NCBI RefSeq assembly: GCF_036365525.1
Contig: NC_090385.1
Coordinates: 63,434,170 to 63,498,169, forward strand
DNA length: 64,000 nt
Source of the DNA: Heterodontus francisci
Lineage: Eukaryota
Reading direction: 5' to 3'
Positions 37,925 through 51,030 of the stretch are shown here, one piece after another. Made by a program: the position numbers and the translations under genes. The notes beneath the pieces were generated by a model, which worked only from the letters and a program-made list of their open reading frames with translations, ran no database searches and was not told the origin of the DNA. How positions within the stretch are numbered: position 1 is the first letter of the stretch; the number at the start of each line of letters is the position of its first letter.

Positions 37925-38185
37925 TGTATGGGTCTGGAGTCACATGTAGGCCAGACCAGGTAAGGACGGCAGATTTCCTTCCCTGAAGAATATTGGTGAA
38001 CAAGATGGGTTTTTACGACAATCAATGATAGTTTCATGGCACCATTGCTGAGACTAGCTTTCAATTCCAGATTTTTATTGATTTAATTGAATTTAAATTC
38101 CACCAGCTGCAGTGATGGGATTTGAACACATGTCCCCAGGGCATTAGGCTGGGCCTCTGGATTACTAGTTCAGTGACATTAACAC
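37925..38185 (-). mobile_element. 5' half of tRNA-headed element (same family as 4672..5047)
   Basis: Reverse complement of the head and body of 4672..5047, no tail. Confidence 0.82.
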
Positions 38186-38754
38186 TAGTGAGGAACTAGG
38201 CAAGGGCTGTTCCACTCAGCTGAATGATGGAAAAGAGGCATTGGAGGGAGGATGGTGTGGTCAATGGTGTCAGAGGCTGCAGACAAATTGAGAAGGATGA
38301 GGTGGGATAGTTTACCGTGTTCATAGTCACAGAGGATGTCAGTTGTGGCTTTGATGAGGGCTATTTCGGTGCTGTGACAAGGACAGAAACCTGAGGAGTT
38401 GTAGGAAAGAAAGGCACAGATTTGAGAGGCAGCACACATTCAAGAGCTCTGGCTCTTGAATGGGAGGTTGGTGATTGGATAGTAGATAGAGGGGTCAAGG
38501 GTATGTATTTAGTGGGTGGGTGGACAGATGACTGCAGCTTTAAAGGCGAAATGGACATGCCTGAGGAGAGGGAACTGTTAACAATACTGGCTAATGTAGG
38601 AGCCAGGAAGGGAAGTTGGGTGGTCGGCAGATTGGTGGGAATAGCAATGAGGGAGTAGGAGGTGGGTTTCATGGACAAGATTAAAACACTATATTTAATA
38701 GTAAGTTTGAGCTTGCTGAGTTTAGATTTTTTTATGTTGACTTTTTTGTTGTTG

Positions 38755-39475
38755 GCTCATTGTTGGGTCCCTTGCTGTTTGTGGTATATATTAATGATTT
38801 GAACTTAAATGTGGGAGGCATGATTGGGAAATTTGCAGATGACACAAAAATTGGCCGTGTTGTTGATAGTGAAGAGGATAGCTGTAGACTCCAGAATATC
38901 AATGGTTTGGTTAAGTGGGCAGAAAAGTGGCAAATGGAATTCAATCTGGACAAATGTAAGGTAATGCATTTGGAGAGGGCAAACAAAGCAAGGGAATAAA
39001 TGGGAGGATATTGAGAGGGGTAAAGGAAGTGAGAGACTTGGAGTGCATGTCCACAGGTCCCAGAAGGTGGCAGGACAGGTCGATCAAGTGGTGAAGAAGG
39101 CATATGGAATGCTTTCCTTTATTGGCCGAGGTATAGAATACAAAAGCAGGGATGTAATGCTGGAACTGTATAAAACGCTAGTTAGGCCGCAACTGGAGTA
39201 TTGTGTACAGTTCTGGTCACTACATTGCAGGAAGGACATAATTGCTCTGGAGAGAGTACAGAGGAGATTTACAAGAATGTTGCCAGGGCTGGAAAATTGC
39301 AGCTATGAGGAAAGATTGGATAGGCTAGGGTTTTTTTTCCCCCTAGAACAGAGGAGGTTGAACTACCTGTCCTGTCCCCTTCTGGGACCTGTGGACATAC
39401 ACTCCAAAATTATGAGGGACCTGGATAGAGTAGACAGGAAGGACCTGGTTTCCCCTAGCGGAGGGGTCAGTTACC
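38755..39475 (+). mobile_element. CR1 RT fragment
   Basis: LGPLLFVVYINDL, KFADD, LVRPQLEYCVQFWS. Confidence 0.9.
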
Positions 39476-39489
39476 GGGGGATGTCCCAA

Positions 39490-39862
39490 TGTTTTACAAC
39501 CAGTTAAGTACTTTTGTAGTGTAGGAAGCCAATTTGTACACAGCAAAGTCGCACAATGATCAGTTAGAAAATGAGCAGATAATCTGTTTATTAAAGATGT
39601 TGGTTAAGGGATAAATAGCAGCTAGGTCCTAGGCAAAACTCCACTGCTGCTCTTCAAATAGCGCTAGATGTTTTACATCCACATGGTGGCCAGAGGGGTC
39701 CTCAGTTTAATGTCTCATCCAAAAGACAGGACCTTCAACATTGCAGAACTCCCTGAACACTGCATTTAGGTGTCAACCTAGCTTATGCACTTGTTTCAAG
39801 AGGGGGACTTGAACCCACAACCTTCTGACTCTGAGGCGATAGTGCCTTCACAGAGCCAAGGT
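39490..39862 (-). mobile_element. SacSINE1-like DeuSINE
   Basis: Minus strand: tRNA head (GAGTCAGAAGGTTGTGGGTTCAAGTCCC) then Deu-domain-like CTGTCTTTTGGATGAGACATTAAACTGAGG..GGATGTAAAA. Confidence 0.75.
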
Positions 39863-40156
39863 GCATTGTATTACAAATATGTCTTGAGGTCTATATGTTA
39901 GTATCATTAAGGCGTGTAATATTTTTACCTTGACTCAATTATGTCCTATATTACTTCAGTATGTTTGCTTTACTTATAGCAATGAGTGAATAGCTATTTG
40001 GTTCAGACTGCAGTGGAACCCATGTCACAATCGCAATTTGTGTTCCTGGCCCCAGACTATGAGCACTGACACAGTTGGTATCTATTTCCATGCATAAACA
40101 TAATTGTTTTCTTTTAGTATTTTTGCTGATGAAAATATGTGTGCATTTTATTTCAG

Positions 40157-40303
40157 TCTATTCTACATTCAATGTTGCCTAGGGCATCAACATCCAAAGA
40201 GATTGATGCTGGTCTCCTCTCAGTCATCTCCTACCCAGCTTTTGCTGTGGAGGATCTTGAGCTTATAGAGTTAACTAAACAAGAGATTATTACAAAGCTA
40301 CAG
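40157..40303 (+). CDS. PHKA1: PHKA exon 8 equivalent
   Basis: tttcag|TCT...CAG|gtaagt; 147 nt; [49 protein letters not shown]. Confidence 0.94.
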
Positions 40304-41689
40304 GTAAGTCTTTTTCCCAATTTGCTCCCCTCTTCTGTTAAGATCAACTTGTGCTGACTTACAATTCCATACATGCTAGCAGCTTTCTGATATCATCCCA
40401 TTTGACCATTTTTCCATAGCCTCGATAGTCAGTATCAGTGTATTGTTTGACAAGGAGGCAAATTTCAGCTCAGCCCAATATTTTCACATGCACTCTCATG
40501 GTGGTGTCAGTGATTAACAATCAGGTGTGAGAACCCTGGCTAATTGGTTTTTTTTCTCCTCCTGACCTGGGAGATACTTGGGCAAGTTGTAGTGGCACTA
40601 TCACTACCCTGGTTCAGATTGGCTAACTCAGTATAGACTAGGACTTGATTCTGGGAGCTTCCTGAACTGTGGTGATCAGCATCCTAAAAGGAGATACATT
40701 TACCCACTGAATAAGTGGTGAACTTGAGCGAACCTGAAATGCCGCTTGAAAGAGGTTCTTCAGTATGAGATGTTTTAGTAATTTAAGCATCTGTCTACAA
40801 TCTTCTGCCTGTCTGCTGGAAAGCTTTGTTGAAATTGGGAGTAGTGGTGTTATTCTAGTTGCTATGTCTAGTGTGGCTAGCCATAGAGAACATCTGGCAG
40901 CTATAAAATAAAAGAGTTCATGAAATCCCCGTATAGTGTTTTCCCAAAATACTCCAATTTGTAAAAACCAAATGTGTTGTCACTTAGTCACAACTTATTG
41001 CTTTATATACAATTCGTTTTATTCTGTTTAATCTTGCACTGCAGTCCTTCACTTGTCAATTTTTTTTTAAAGTTTGCATTGATGATTTTGGTGAAAGGCA
41101 TCTCCTGAAGTGACTGAATTAAAGTTTTATCGTCACCAAAAGGCCTTCAGGTGATTATTCTACCTTCCAATCCTGACATCAGAACTTCTCCCTGATGGCA
41201 CAGCTCAGATTGGGAACTTGGTTGTGGAATTTTGGCAACAAAATCACATTTTCCCATTCAGTGAAACTATAGTCTGAGCACAAGAATGCCGTTCAAGTCA
41301 AGCTTGTTTGACTTCTTCCATTTATAACTTACTTCAGGGCTCATGAACCTTATCAAACTGACAGAGTTTGATTTGGCTTAATTTCTGCCCTGAAAGTAAA
41401 CTTGTGGTTTGAGAGGAAATTGAATACTCAATCAGTTACCTTAGTGCCTATGAAAATCTAACCTGGCAAGAAGTACCAAAACATTGTAAAAAGCTTCTAA
41501 CTTAACTAAAATGCTCATTTCTATGTATTTTCCATGTAAAAAAAAAATCCTATGTTATGCACTTCAGTTTAGTCCTCCACTTGGTCCCACTTGCACAATC
41601 AGACCTCGATACACCCTTTTCACTTATTGCCCATGACATTCTGGAATGAGCCAGAAAAACAAAAGTGTTCATCTCTCATTACTGACTCT

Positions 41690-42560
41690 GTTTTGAAGAA
41701 GTAACACATTGCTTCCCCTCTCATCCCCTTTTCGCATTCAGAAGGGACCATTCCCTTCGTGACACTCTTCATCACCCAAACCCCTTTCTCCCAGCACTTT
41801 TCCATGCAAGCTCAGGGGATTCAACACTTTCCCTTTCACCTCTTCCCTTCCCACCATCCAGGGCCCCACATGCTCCTTCCAGGTGAAACAGTAATATACT
41901 GTACTTCTTTCAAAGCAGTATTCATGTATTTGCTGCTCATGATGTGGTCTCCTCAAATTTGGGAAATTAAAATGAGATTGGCTGAACGCTTTGTGGAACA
42001 CTTCCATTCAGTCTGTAAACGTGACAATGAACTTCCAATTGCTTGACACTTTAATCCTCCATCCCGCTCTGACCCCTCTATCCTTGGCCTCCTACACTGT
42101 TCCAGTGAAACTCAACAGAAGGTCGAGGGCCAGTCTCTCATTTTTTAATTAGGCACTTTCAACCTTCTGGAGTCAACATTGAGTTCAACAACTTGAGATC
42201 AAATCCAATGCCTCTATTTTTTTGGGCGGTAGGTATTGGTAATTGTTCTGCTGCTAGCATTCACACCTCCTCTAGACCCATCTTTTGTTTCTCTACTTGC
42301 CCTATGACTGCCCGCTTTTGCCTTCTACCATCATCTCTTTTGTCACTTAAACACTCCAGTTCTCCACTCTATCGCAAATTTTCCCCATTGTTCTTCCTGC
42401 CCCTTGCCTTTTCTTTGGCTCTGTACTTGCTTATAATCTGTTAAATCTCTACTTACTTCCAGTTGTGGTGAAAGGTCATCAACCTGGAATGTTAACTTTG
42501 TTTCTGTCTCCACAGATGGTGCCTGACCTGCTGAGTATTACCAGCATTTTCTGTTTTTTC
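41690..42560 (+). mobile_element. Degraded Penelope-like element 3' part
   Basis: Homologous to 1..1025 (RLAERFVEHFHSVCKRD; terminal repeat). Confidence 0.82.
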
Positions 42561-42577
42561 ATATTCCTTCTGTTATG

Positions 42578-43043
42578 GGCCAGAATTTTAGGCCCCCCCT
42601 CCCCACCTATGCTGGGAGCAGGCTGGGAGGCAGGGGGCATAAAATTGGTGGGATGGCGGAGGGTGCCGTGCCCGTCGCTTACCTGCCTCTGCTGATATTT
42701 TACCAGTGGTATTTTACCCCCCCCCCCTCACCGAGCCCTGGCTGATTGGCCCTGGCGAGCCCCAACCCCACTTACCATCTTCTCCAGCCTCCATCGCTGG
42801 CTGGATCCAGAGACTGCTGCAGTCCCAGCAGTGGCCACCGCTCCCAGTGGTGCTGCTGGGACTGAAGAGCTGCCAGCCCGCTGATTGGCTGGCAGCTCTT
42901 GAAGGCAGGACATCCTGCCTCAAATGGGCAGAAGCCATGACCTCAGGCAATTATAACATAGGCTTCTGGGGCTGGCGGAGGTGGGCTTGCCCCTGACATT
43001 CCAGCCAGTAGGAGGGACCACCGCCCATCGTTAAATCCTGGCC
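42578..43043. mobile_element. Harbinger-type MITE
   Basis: TIRs GGCCAGAATTTTA / TAAATCCTGGCC resembling those of 34131..37319; flanks ATG/ATC; GC-rich interior. Confidence 0.7.
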
Positions 43044-43689
43044 ATCTTTACCAATTTTTTTCCACGTTCTCATTCCTCATGTCCTAAAAGTGCTAACGTC
43101 TGTTGAGTGTATTGTTCCATGCCAAATAGTTACTCTTTGGTGGCTTACTTAAGTGGCTACTGTTCTAAAAGAGCCAAAGACTCTATGGTAAAATAGCCTA
43201 ACAGCTAAGCACATTTCTATTTGTGTGTAGAACCACACGAATATAGGTTCCTGTAACAGTTGAGCTTGAGCCTATAATGTTGATCTGTTATTCCCTCTTT
43301 GTCACTGGTGGACCACTGTATTTCACTGTGCTTTTTGTCTCAATTTCAGATCTGCTGCATTTGCAGCTAATGTTAATTTTTCACTTTCTTCCCAATTTTC
43401 ACATGTTTATTTCTGTGGAGCTCATGTCATTTTGCCGTTCACCATTTGCGTTTTTTTTTGTCCTTTTTATATTTCTGCATCTCAGTGATTATCTTTTAGA
43501 TTATGTACTGGTCTTCGATTAAGCAGTTTTTGGGTCATGTAATTTAACCAGGATAATTCCTGTTTCTCGTATATCTGTTAATTCTTTCCCCCTCTGCATC
43601 TTTTTCCCCCAATCATGCTAAAATACAATTTTTTAAGTCTTTAGTTAAAGGGGTGCATACCAAAAATGTTTTTCTTTTTTATGTATAAA

Positions 43690-44645
43690 AATAAATGACT
43701 TAGATATTGGAGTACAGTAAAATTTCAAAATTTGCCAATGATAATAAACTTGGAGGTGTGGCAAACAATGAGTTTTATACCAATCGTCTGCAACAGGACA
43801 TAGGCTAGCAGAATGGGTAGACGAGTGGCGGATGGAATTTAATACAGAGAAGTGTGAAGTCCTGCATTTTAGCATAAGAGATAGGGAAAGGCAATATACA
43901 CTTAACGGTGCAGTTCTAAAGAGTGTGCAGTGGCAGAGGGACCTGGGGTTCTTAGACCTTTGGAGATGGCAGGACATATTGAGAGAGTTGTTAGCAAAGC
44001 TTGAGCTTCATAAATAGAGGTATTGAGTACAAATTCAGGGAAGTTATGCTGAACATGTATAAAGCTCTGGTCAGGCCACAACTGAAGTATTGCATCCAGT
44101 TCTGGCCACCAGACTTTAGGAAGGATGCAAAGGTCCTTGAGAGGGTCCAGAGGACATTTATTAAAATGGTTCCATGATGAGAAAATTTAGCTACAAGAAT
44201 AGATTGGAGAAGCTGAAGTTGTTCTCCTTGGAGGAAAGAAGATTGAGGGGAGATTTGATAGAGGTGTACAGGATTATGACAGGTTTAGATAAGGTAGACA
44301 AAGAAAAGTTGTTCCCATTAGCTGATGGTACAAGGACTAAGGGACACAGATTTTAGGTTTTGGGCAAGAGATACGGTGGGGGGCGGGGGGGCTGTGGGCG
44401 GGGATATGAGGAGGAACTTCTTTACGCAGCGCGTGGTGATGACCTGGAAGACTCTGCCTATGAGGGTGGTGGAAGTGGAAACGATGCATGATTTCAAAAG
44501 GTAATTGGATGTGGATTTGAGGGGAATAAACTTGCAGGGCTACGTGGATTGAGCGGGGGAATGGGAATGATTGGAGTGCTCTAAAGAGAGCCAGCATGGA
44601 CGCAATAGGCTGAATGGCCTCTTCTGCACCATAAATGATTTTATG
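43690..44645 (+). mobile_element. CR1 3' fragment; followed by minus-strand CR1 pieces (about 44648-45380) containing a second-family LINE tail at about 44905-45050
   Basis: MEFNTEKCEVLHF; ERRLRGDLIEVY; minus strand RTSKVVISGLL. Confidence 0.85.
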
Positions 44646-45777
44646 ACAGTACTCAAGTTGAGGCCGAACCAGTATTTTATAAAGGTTCTTCATAACTTAT
44701 TGTAAACCTCTATTTATAAAGCCCAGGATTCTTTATGCCTTTTTAACCACTTTCTCAACTTGCCCTGCCACCTTCAATGCTTTGTGTAGATAAACCCCCA
44801 GTTCTCTCTGTTCCTGCACCCACTTTAGAATTGTACCCTTTATTTCCTCTCCTCATTCTTCCTACCAAACTGTCACTTCATAGTTCTGTGCCTTAAATTT
44901 CATCTTTTTTTTATTCATTCAGGGATGTGGGCGTCACTGGCTAGGCCAGCATTTATTGCCCATCCCGAATTGTCCTTGAGAAGGTGGTGGTGAGCTGCCT
45001 TCTTGAACCGCTGCAGTCCATTTGGGGTAGGTATACCCACAGTGCTGCCACATGTCTTCCCATTCCACCAGCCTATACTCTATGATTCTATACTCACTAA
45101 GGCATGACACTAGGAGTAATCCGGAGATTACTACCTTTGAGGTCCTGCTTGTCAATCTCCTTCCTAGTTCCTTAAACTCTGCTTCAGGATCTCATCCCTC
45201 TTTCTACCTATGTCATTGGTGCGGATATGGATCAGAACCTCTGCTGTTCATACACCCCCTCAGAGTGCTCTGCAGTAACATCCTTGACCCTGGCACCTGG
45301 GAGACAACATACCATCCCAGAATCATGTCTGCAGCCGCAGAAACCCTGATCTATAGAAGACCCTATTACTATTGCTTTCCCAGGCTCTCAATGTGCGCTC
45401 TCTCTCTGGCTTCCAGAACACACTTTCTGTCTGGGCTCTGACACCTAGGTTGAGATCCACAAAGTCAACGCTGAATGCAAATGGAACTCTAATCTTCTGG
45501 TCTTTATGACTTAATATGCACCTGCTGGTTCTGTTATCTCGAGGTTATGTGGGCAATTCATTGCTTTCTGTTCACACTTATAAATGAATTGCTGTGTACT
45601 GTTATTGAATTTTGCAGGAAATCAATTGCATTAAGTAAGTAGTGAAAATAGTTCTGTGAAAATTGTTCATGATGTTCAAAGGGCGGTTGAGTGATGCAGT
45701 TAATTATAGGGAGAATTTGAATGTGAGCATTGACCACTTGCACCTAACTGTAGTTGTACTCTTGTACATTACAACAG

Positions 45778-45831
45778 GGTCGTTATGGTTGCTGTCGGTT
45801 TCTTCGAGATGGATTCAAAACTCCAAAAGAG
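45778..45831 (+). CDS. PHKA1: PHKA exon 9 equivalent
   Basis: caacag|GGT...GAG|gtacag; 54 nt; [18 protein letters not shown]. Confidence 0.94.
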
Positions 45832-46759
45832 GTACAGTGGTTGTCTTTGAAGTTTGTGTTTTTACAAGATTTATTTTTCTAACATTTATGCAAGCTACCT
45901 GTAAAATTATTGTAATTCATATTCATAAATGTACAAAAGATAAGTGTATTGGCCAGATTTTGCAGTCAGTGGGGAAGTGACGGCACTTGCCACTGACCTG
46001 AAAAAAAGCTGCCCACAAAGATCTAGCGATCTCTGTGTTGTGGATTTCCCCTTTTCTGGAGTTAATTTGAATCTGATGTCAAGGGGATCTCCAGGTGTCT
46101 AGCAACACTGATGTCATCAAGCAGGGTGAGCAGCTAATCACATTGAAGAATTCTCACAGACAGCAAACCAGGAAATAAAATACACTGATTATCCTTCACT
46201 TTTTATGAATTTTACAAACAAAATAAAAACATTAGAAGTTGAAGTATCATAAGCAAACTTAAAACAAATTGCATTTACATAGTGTGGAGTATTTTTTTAT
46301 CATAATGGAAACATTTGGCTTTACACAAATATAAAGTAGATTTTCCAGGTCAGAGAGACTGTTCAGCAGTAGATATGACTTGGAACACTGTTAAAAACCT
46401 AATTACATCTCATTAACAAGGTGTAACTTTTTCAGGGGTTTTAATGGCGTGAAGGGGGATGTTCTCATTAGTCCAGTGATTTATTATGGGTTTATCTGTG
46501 TGAAATCTGGCCACTGGTTGTGTTTTTATGTGAGACAGTGTTCTGATCTAACACCTGTTGTATTTGTATTCTATAAATTTGTATATACATTTAACAAAGA
46601 TAGAGAGAGGGACAAAAGGAGAGAGAAAGTGAGAGTGACTTTCTTCAAGCTAAAAGATCTTTTTTTTTAAGCCACCTATCTCATTGAGCACACATAATAG
46701 AGAGAGAGGCAATCATTTCATTCTACTTTTATTTAAAAAAATCAATTAAATTCATTTGT

Positions 46760-47490
46760 GGAAAGCAAGGAAGTTCTGATAAACTTGTATAGAACCTTAA
46801 TACAAAAGCAAAATGCTGTAGATGTTGGAAATCTGAAACAAAAACAGAAAATGCCAGGTCAGGCAGCATCTGTGGAGAGAAAACAGAGTTAATGTTTCAG
46901 GTCAATGACCTGCTGAGTATTTCCAGCATTTTCTATTTTTGTATAGTTAGGCTACACTTGGAACGATGTACAGTTCTGGTCTCCATATTATAAAAAAGGA
47001 TGTAGAGACAGTGGAAAATTTGGAAAAGAGATTTACAAGGATGATACCTGTATTGAGAGATTATAACCATCAAGAATGGGCTAGTGCTCTTTTCTGTAAC
47101 AAAGTGAAGGCTTGGGGTCTGATAAAGGTCTTTAAAATTAGGAAGGAGGTTGATAGGCGAGCCTTAGATAAAATATTTCCATTTGTAAGTAATTCAAAAC
47201 TAGGGCTCATAAGTATAAGGGAGTCACTAATAAATCCAATAAAGGAATATAGGAGAAGCTTCTTTACCCAGAGAGTGATTAGAATATGGAACTTGCTCCC
47301 ACATGAAGTTGTTGAGGCAAATAACATAGGTGCATTAAGAGGAAGCTAGTAAGTATATGAGGGTCAAAGGAATAGAAGGTTTTGTTAATTGGATCAGATG
47401 AGGTAGGGTATGAGAAGGCTTGTGTGAAGCATAAATATTGGCATGGATTTATTTGATTAACTGGCCTGTTTCTGTGCTGTAAATTCTGTT
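46760..47490 (+). mobile_element. Old CR1 3' fragment containing a short fold-back Penelope-end insertion at about 46800-46945
   Basis: KRFTRMIP..FFTQRVIRIWNLLP; the insert matches the Penelope terminus in both orientations. Confidence 0.75.
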
Positions 47491-49009
47491 AGTTGATTTT
47501 TGCAACCTGAGAAGGTTTCTTTGATGCAAACCAATATGAAAGGAGGGAAGGATGTTGAAGGCATCTCTGCCCTTTTCATGCCTGCCCTTCGGGAGGAGCA
47601 AGTGGTCTGGGGGAAAGTGGATGGAAAGCTAAGCAAGCGGTCAATCAAAGTGAACAAGGAGAGGGAAGATACATGGATTGATCGGGTACTTCAGAGCAGA
47701 GGTAATACTGGGAGGTCGAGCTTTTAAGAAGAACAGGCAATAGTGGGACAGTAAATGGGATGCAGTGGTAGCAAAGGGACGGAAAGGAAGCATCAGTGAT
47801 TAGAAAGGGAGCACTGGGACTATATTTTCCCTCCAACTGCTATCCCAAATGCAACAGCAGCCATTATTGGCTCTTTGCCATGCAAAACTACACTAGGACA
47901 CCAAAACTTCCCACTGGCAAGAAAAGAAGAAAAAGACAGAGAAAGAATCCAAATGAAGATTTAAGAATGGAGGAAGGAAACTTGAGAAACAAAATATTTC
48001 AGATGTTGGAAACTTGAGACAAAAACAGTGACTGCTGGCAACACTGAGCAAGTCAGACATAGCAAGTGGGGAGAGAAGTAACACATTAATATTTCAGGCA
48101 TTGCCCTTCATCCAAAGATATTCTTTGACTTAGCATGCACAATACCATAGGAGAGCCACTAGTATGTAATGTATTGTTTGTATATCAGTTGATCTCCCAT
48201 GTCCAATGCATGTGGGGAGCCAAAACTCTTAGTTTTCAAATGAAGCCATAGAGGGCATCGGCCTAATTAGAGCAGGATGGGCAGCTGTTATTCAGTCACC
48301 ATTTTAAAGATGTACATTTTGTCCTTATTTTTATGATACTTCAATGTTTATATTACTTGTAGGTTAAATTATAAAATATACAGTGATCAAAGTTGTTTGG
48401 AGCATGAGTTTCTCTGCTGTCTCGGCTGAGAAGTTGGGAGATGCAAAACTGAGGCATAAAAGCACCACCACTGGTGGGCGGTGGAATTATAATTTGGCAA
48501 GTTTACATGGGCAGTTTCCATTATAAATCTAAAAGTAGGATGTGCATACAGACAGAAGATATTTAATATGAATAGATTGATATATTCTACACCAAAAAAG
48601 AGATTCTTGCATGACATGGGCTGTTTCCCAGGTGAGCCAGTTAACTGTTCTAAATCCATTGACAATACTCCTTTTAGGCCATTAGGAGATGTGCACAAAT
48701 GGCCAAAGATTAATTTGACCTCTGGTAGGAGGAGGGAATAACTAACTGCTGTCCATTACCTTCCCTCGATAGTTCAACTGAAATCATGAGATCCTCATTC
48801 ATGGAGGTGCTGATGTGAACCTTCACGTTACCAAGCTGTTTTATTACATGGGTTGCTTTACCCATGGGTTCTGAGGAAGAAGCAACTGGCTTCTACTTTG
48901 TGATGCAGCACCTTGGTTCATTCATCGGGTATATCGCATCATTTATTTGTGCGGAATTCTTTTGTTTCCATTATCTTAATTAAAAGTATTCACCTTGATT
49001 TGTTTTTAG

Positions 49010-49132
49010 GATCCTACCAGGCTTTATTATGAACCTGCAGAACTGAAGTTGTTTGAGAACCTAGAATGTGAATGGCCATTGTTCTGGACATATATGATAC
49101 TTGACGGCTTGTTCAATAAGAATACACAGCAG
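49010..49132 (+). CDS. PHKA1: PHKA exon 10 equivalent
   Basis: ttttag|GAT...CAG|gtaaaa; 123 nt; [41 protein letters not shown]. Confidence 0.94.
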
Positions 49133-49242
49133 GTAAAAGAAAATGTGAAGTAAATTAACTCAAAATACAAAAATCAAAATATGATGTACTCTTAAATGTT
49201 AAATGTTCGGGTAGTAACTAAGCTGTGCTTACATGTTTATTT

Positions 49243-50530
49243 CATAAGAACTAGGAGCAGGAGTATGCCGTCCGGCCCCTCAAGCCTGCTCCGCCATTCA
49301 ATAAGATCATGGCTGATCTTTTCGTGGACTCAGATACTCAGATCCACTTACCCGCGCTCTCACCGTATCCCTTATTTCCTTTATTGTTCAAAAAGATATC
49401 TACCTTAGCTTTAAAGACGTTTACTGAAGAAGCGTCAACTACTTCACTGGGCAAGGAATTCCATAGATTAACAACCCTCTGGGTGAAGAAGTTCCTTCTT
49501 AATTCAGTCCTAAATCTGCTCCCTCTAATCTTGAGGCTATGCCCTCTTGTCCTAGCTTCACCTGCCAGTGGAAACATCCTCTCTACTTGTATCTTATCTA
49601 TTCCCTTCATGATTTTATATGTTTCTATAAGATCCCCCCTCATTCTTCTGAACTCCAATGAATATAATCCCAATCTACTCAGTCTCTCCTCATAAGCCAA
49701 CCCCCTCAACTCCGGAATCAACCTAGTGAACCTCCTCTGCACCCTCTCCAGTGCCAGTATATCCTTTCTCAAGTAAGGAGACCAAAACTGCACACACTAC
49801 TCCAGTACCTTATGCAGCTGCAACATAACCTCTCTGCTTTTAAACTCAATCCCTTTAGCAATGAAGGACAAAATTCCATTTGCCTTCCTAATTACTTGCT
49901 GTACCTGCAGACCAACCTTCTGCGATTCATGCACAAGGACACCCAGGTTCCTCTACATAGCAGCATGCTGCAACTTTTTACCATTCAAGTAATAATCCTT
50001 TTTACTGTTACTTCTACCGAAATGAATGACTTCACATTTATTAACATTGTATTCCATCTGCCAGACCTTTGCCCACTCACTCAATGTATCTATGTTCCTC
50101 TGCAAAGTTTCACAGTCATCTGCACACTTTGCTCTGCCACTCATCTTAGTGTCATCTGCAAACTTTGACACCCTACACGTGGTCCCGAACTCCAAATCAT
50201 CTATATAAATTGTAAATAATTGCGGTCCCAACACTGATCTCTGAGGCACACCACTAGTGACTGCCAACCAGAATAGCACTCATTTATCCCCACTCTCTGC
50301 TTCCTGTTAGTCAACCAATCCTCTATCCATGCTAATACTTTACCCCTAACGCCATGCATCCTTATCTTATGCAGCAGCCTCTTGTGTGGCACCTTGTCGA
50401 AGGCCTTTTGGAAATCTAGGTACACCACATCCACTGGGTCCCCATTGTCCACCTTGCTCGTAATGTCATCATAGAATTCCAAAAGATTTGTCAAGCATGA
50501 CCTGCCCTTCATGAACCCATGAACCCATTT
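49243..50530 (-). mobile_element. CR1 3' part (RT to tail)
   Basis: GRSCLTNLLEF, KFADD, RMRGDLIETYK. Confidence 0.92.
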
Positions 50531-50609
50531 CCACTAAAACTTGATGTTTGTTAGTTCATGTGATGCAGCAAGTATTTTATATTGGGACGTCTTGTTGCCC
50601 TGCAGATGT

Positions 50610-51030
50610 CTGCCTTAGTTCAATGGTGGCACTCTCACCTCTGAGTCAAAGATTGTGGGTTCAAGTTGAACTCCAGAGATTTGAGCTCATAATCTAGCCT
50701 GATAGTTTATTACTGAAGTGAGGTTGTATTGTGCTGTTGAAGGTGCTTGTCTTTCAAGCGAGATGTTAAACTAAAGTCCCATCTACCCTCACTGGTGGAT
50801 GTAAAGTATCCTATGGCACTGCATGTTTAAGTCTCCTGGTATCCTCGTCATAACTTATCCCTCGAACATCTCTTATTCTCTTATTGCTGCTTGTTGACGT
50901 TGTATGTAAATTGGCTGCTGCATCCCACTTCATTGCAACATTAATTGTACTTAGAAGTACTTCATTGACTGTGAATTGCTTTCGGGCATCCTGGAGCCAT
51001 GAATCGTGCTAAATAAATGCAGGTGCTTTA
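50610..51030 (+). mobile_element. SacSINE1-like DeuSINE (degraded)
   Basis: tRNA head CTGAGTCAAAGATTGTGGGTTCAAG; Deu-like GAGATGTTAAACT..GGTGGATGTAAAG..CCTATGGCACT. Confidence 0.72.

Larger units (their letters stand above)
33770..38680 (-). mobile_element. Degraded L2 LINE (about 33990-34130 plus 37320-38680), with a short opposite-strand L2 piece at about 33770-33965
   Basis: HSTEIALIKATTDIL..LILLNLSAASDTIDHTIL; LHKLELIQHSAAHILTRT; LPVLSNLHWL. Confidence 0.82.
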
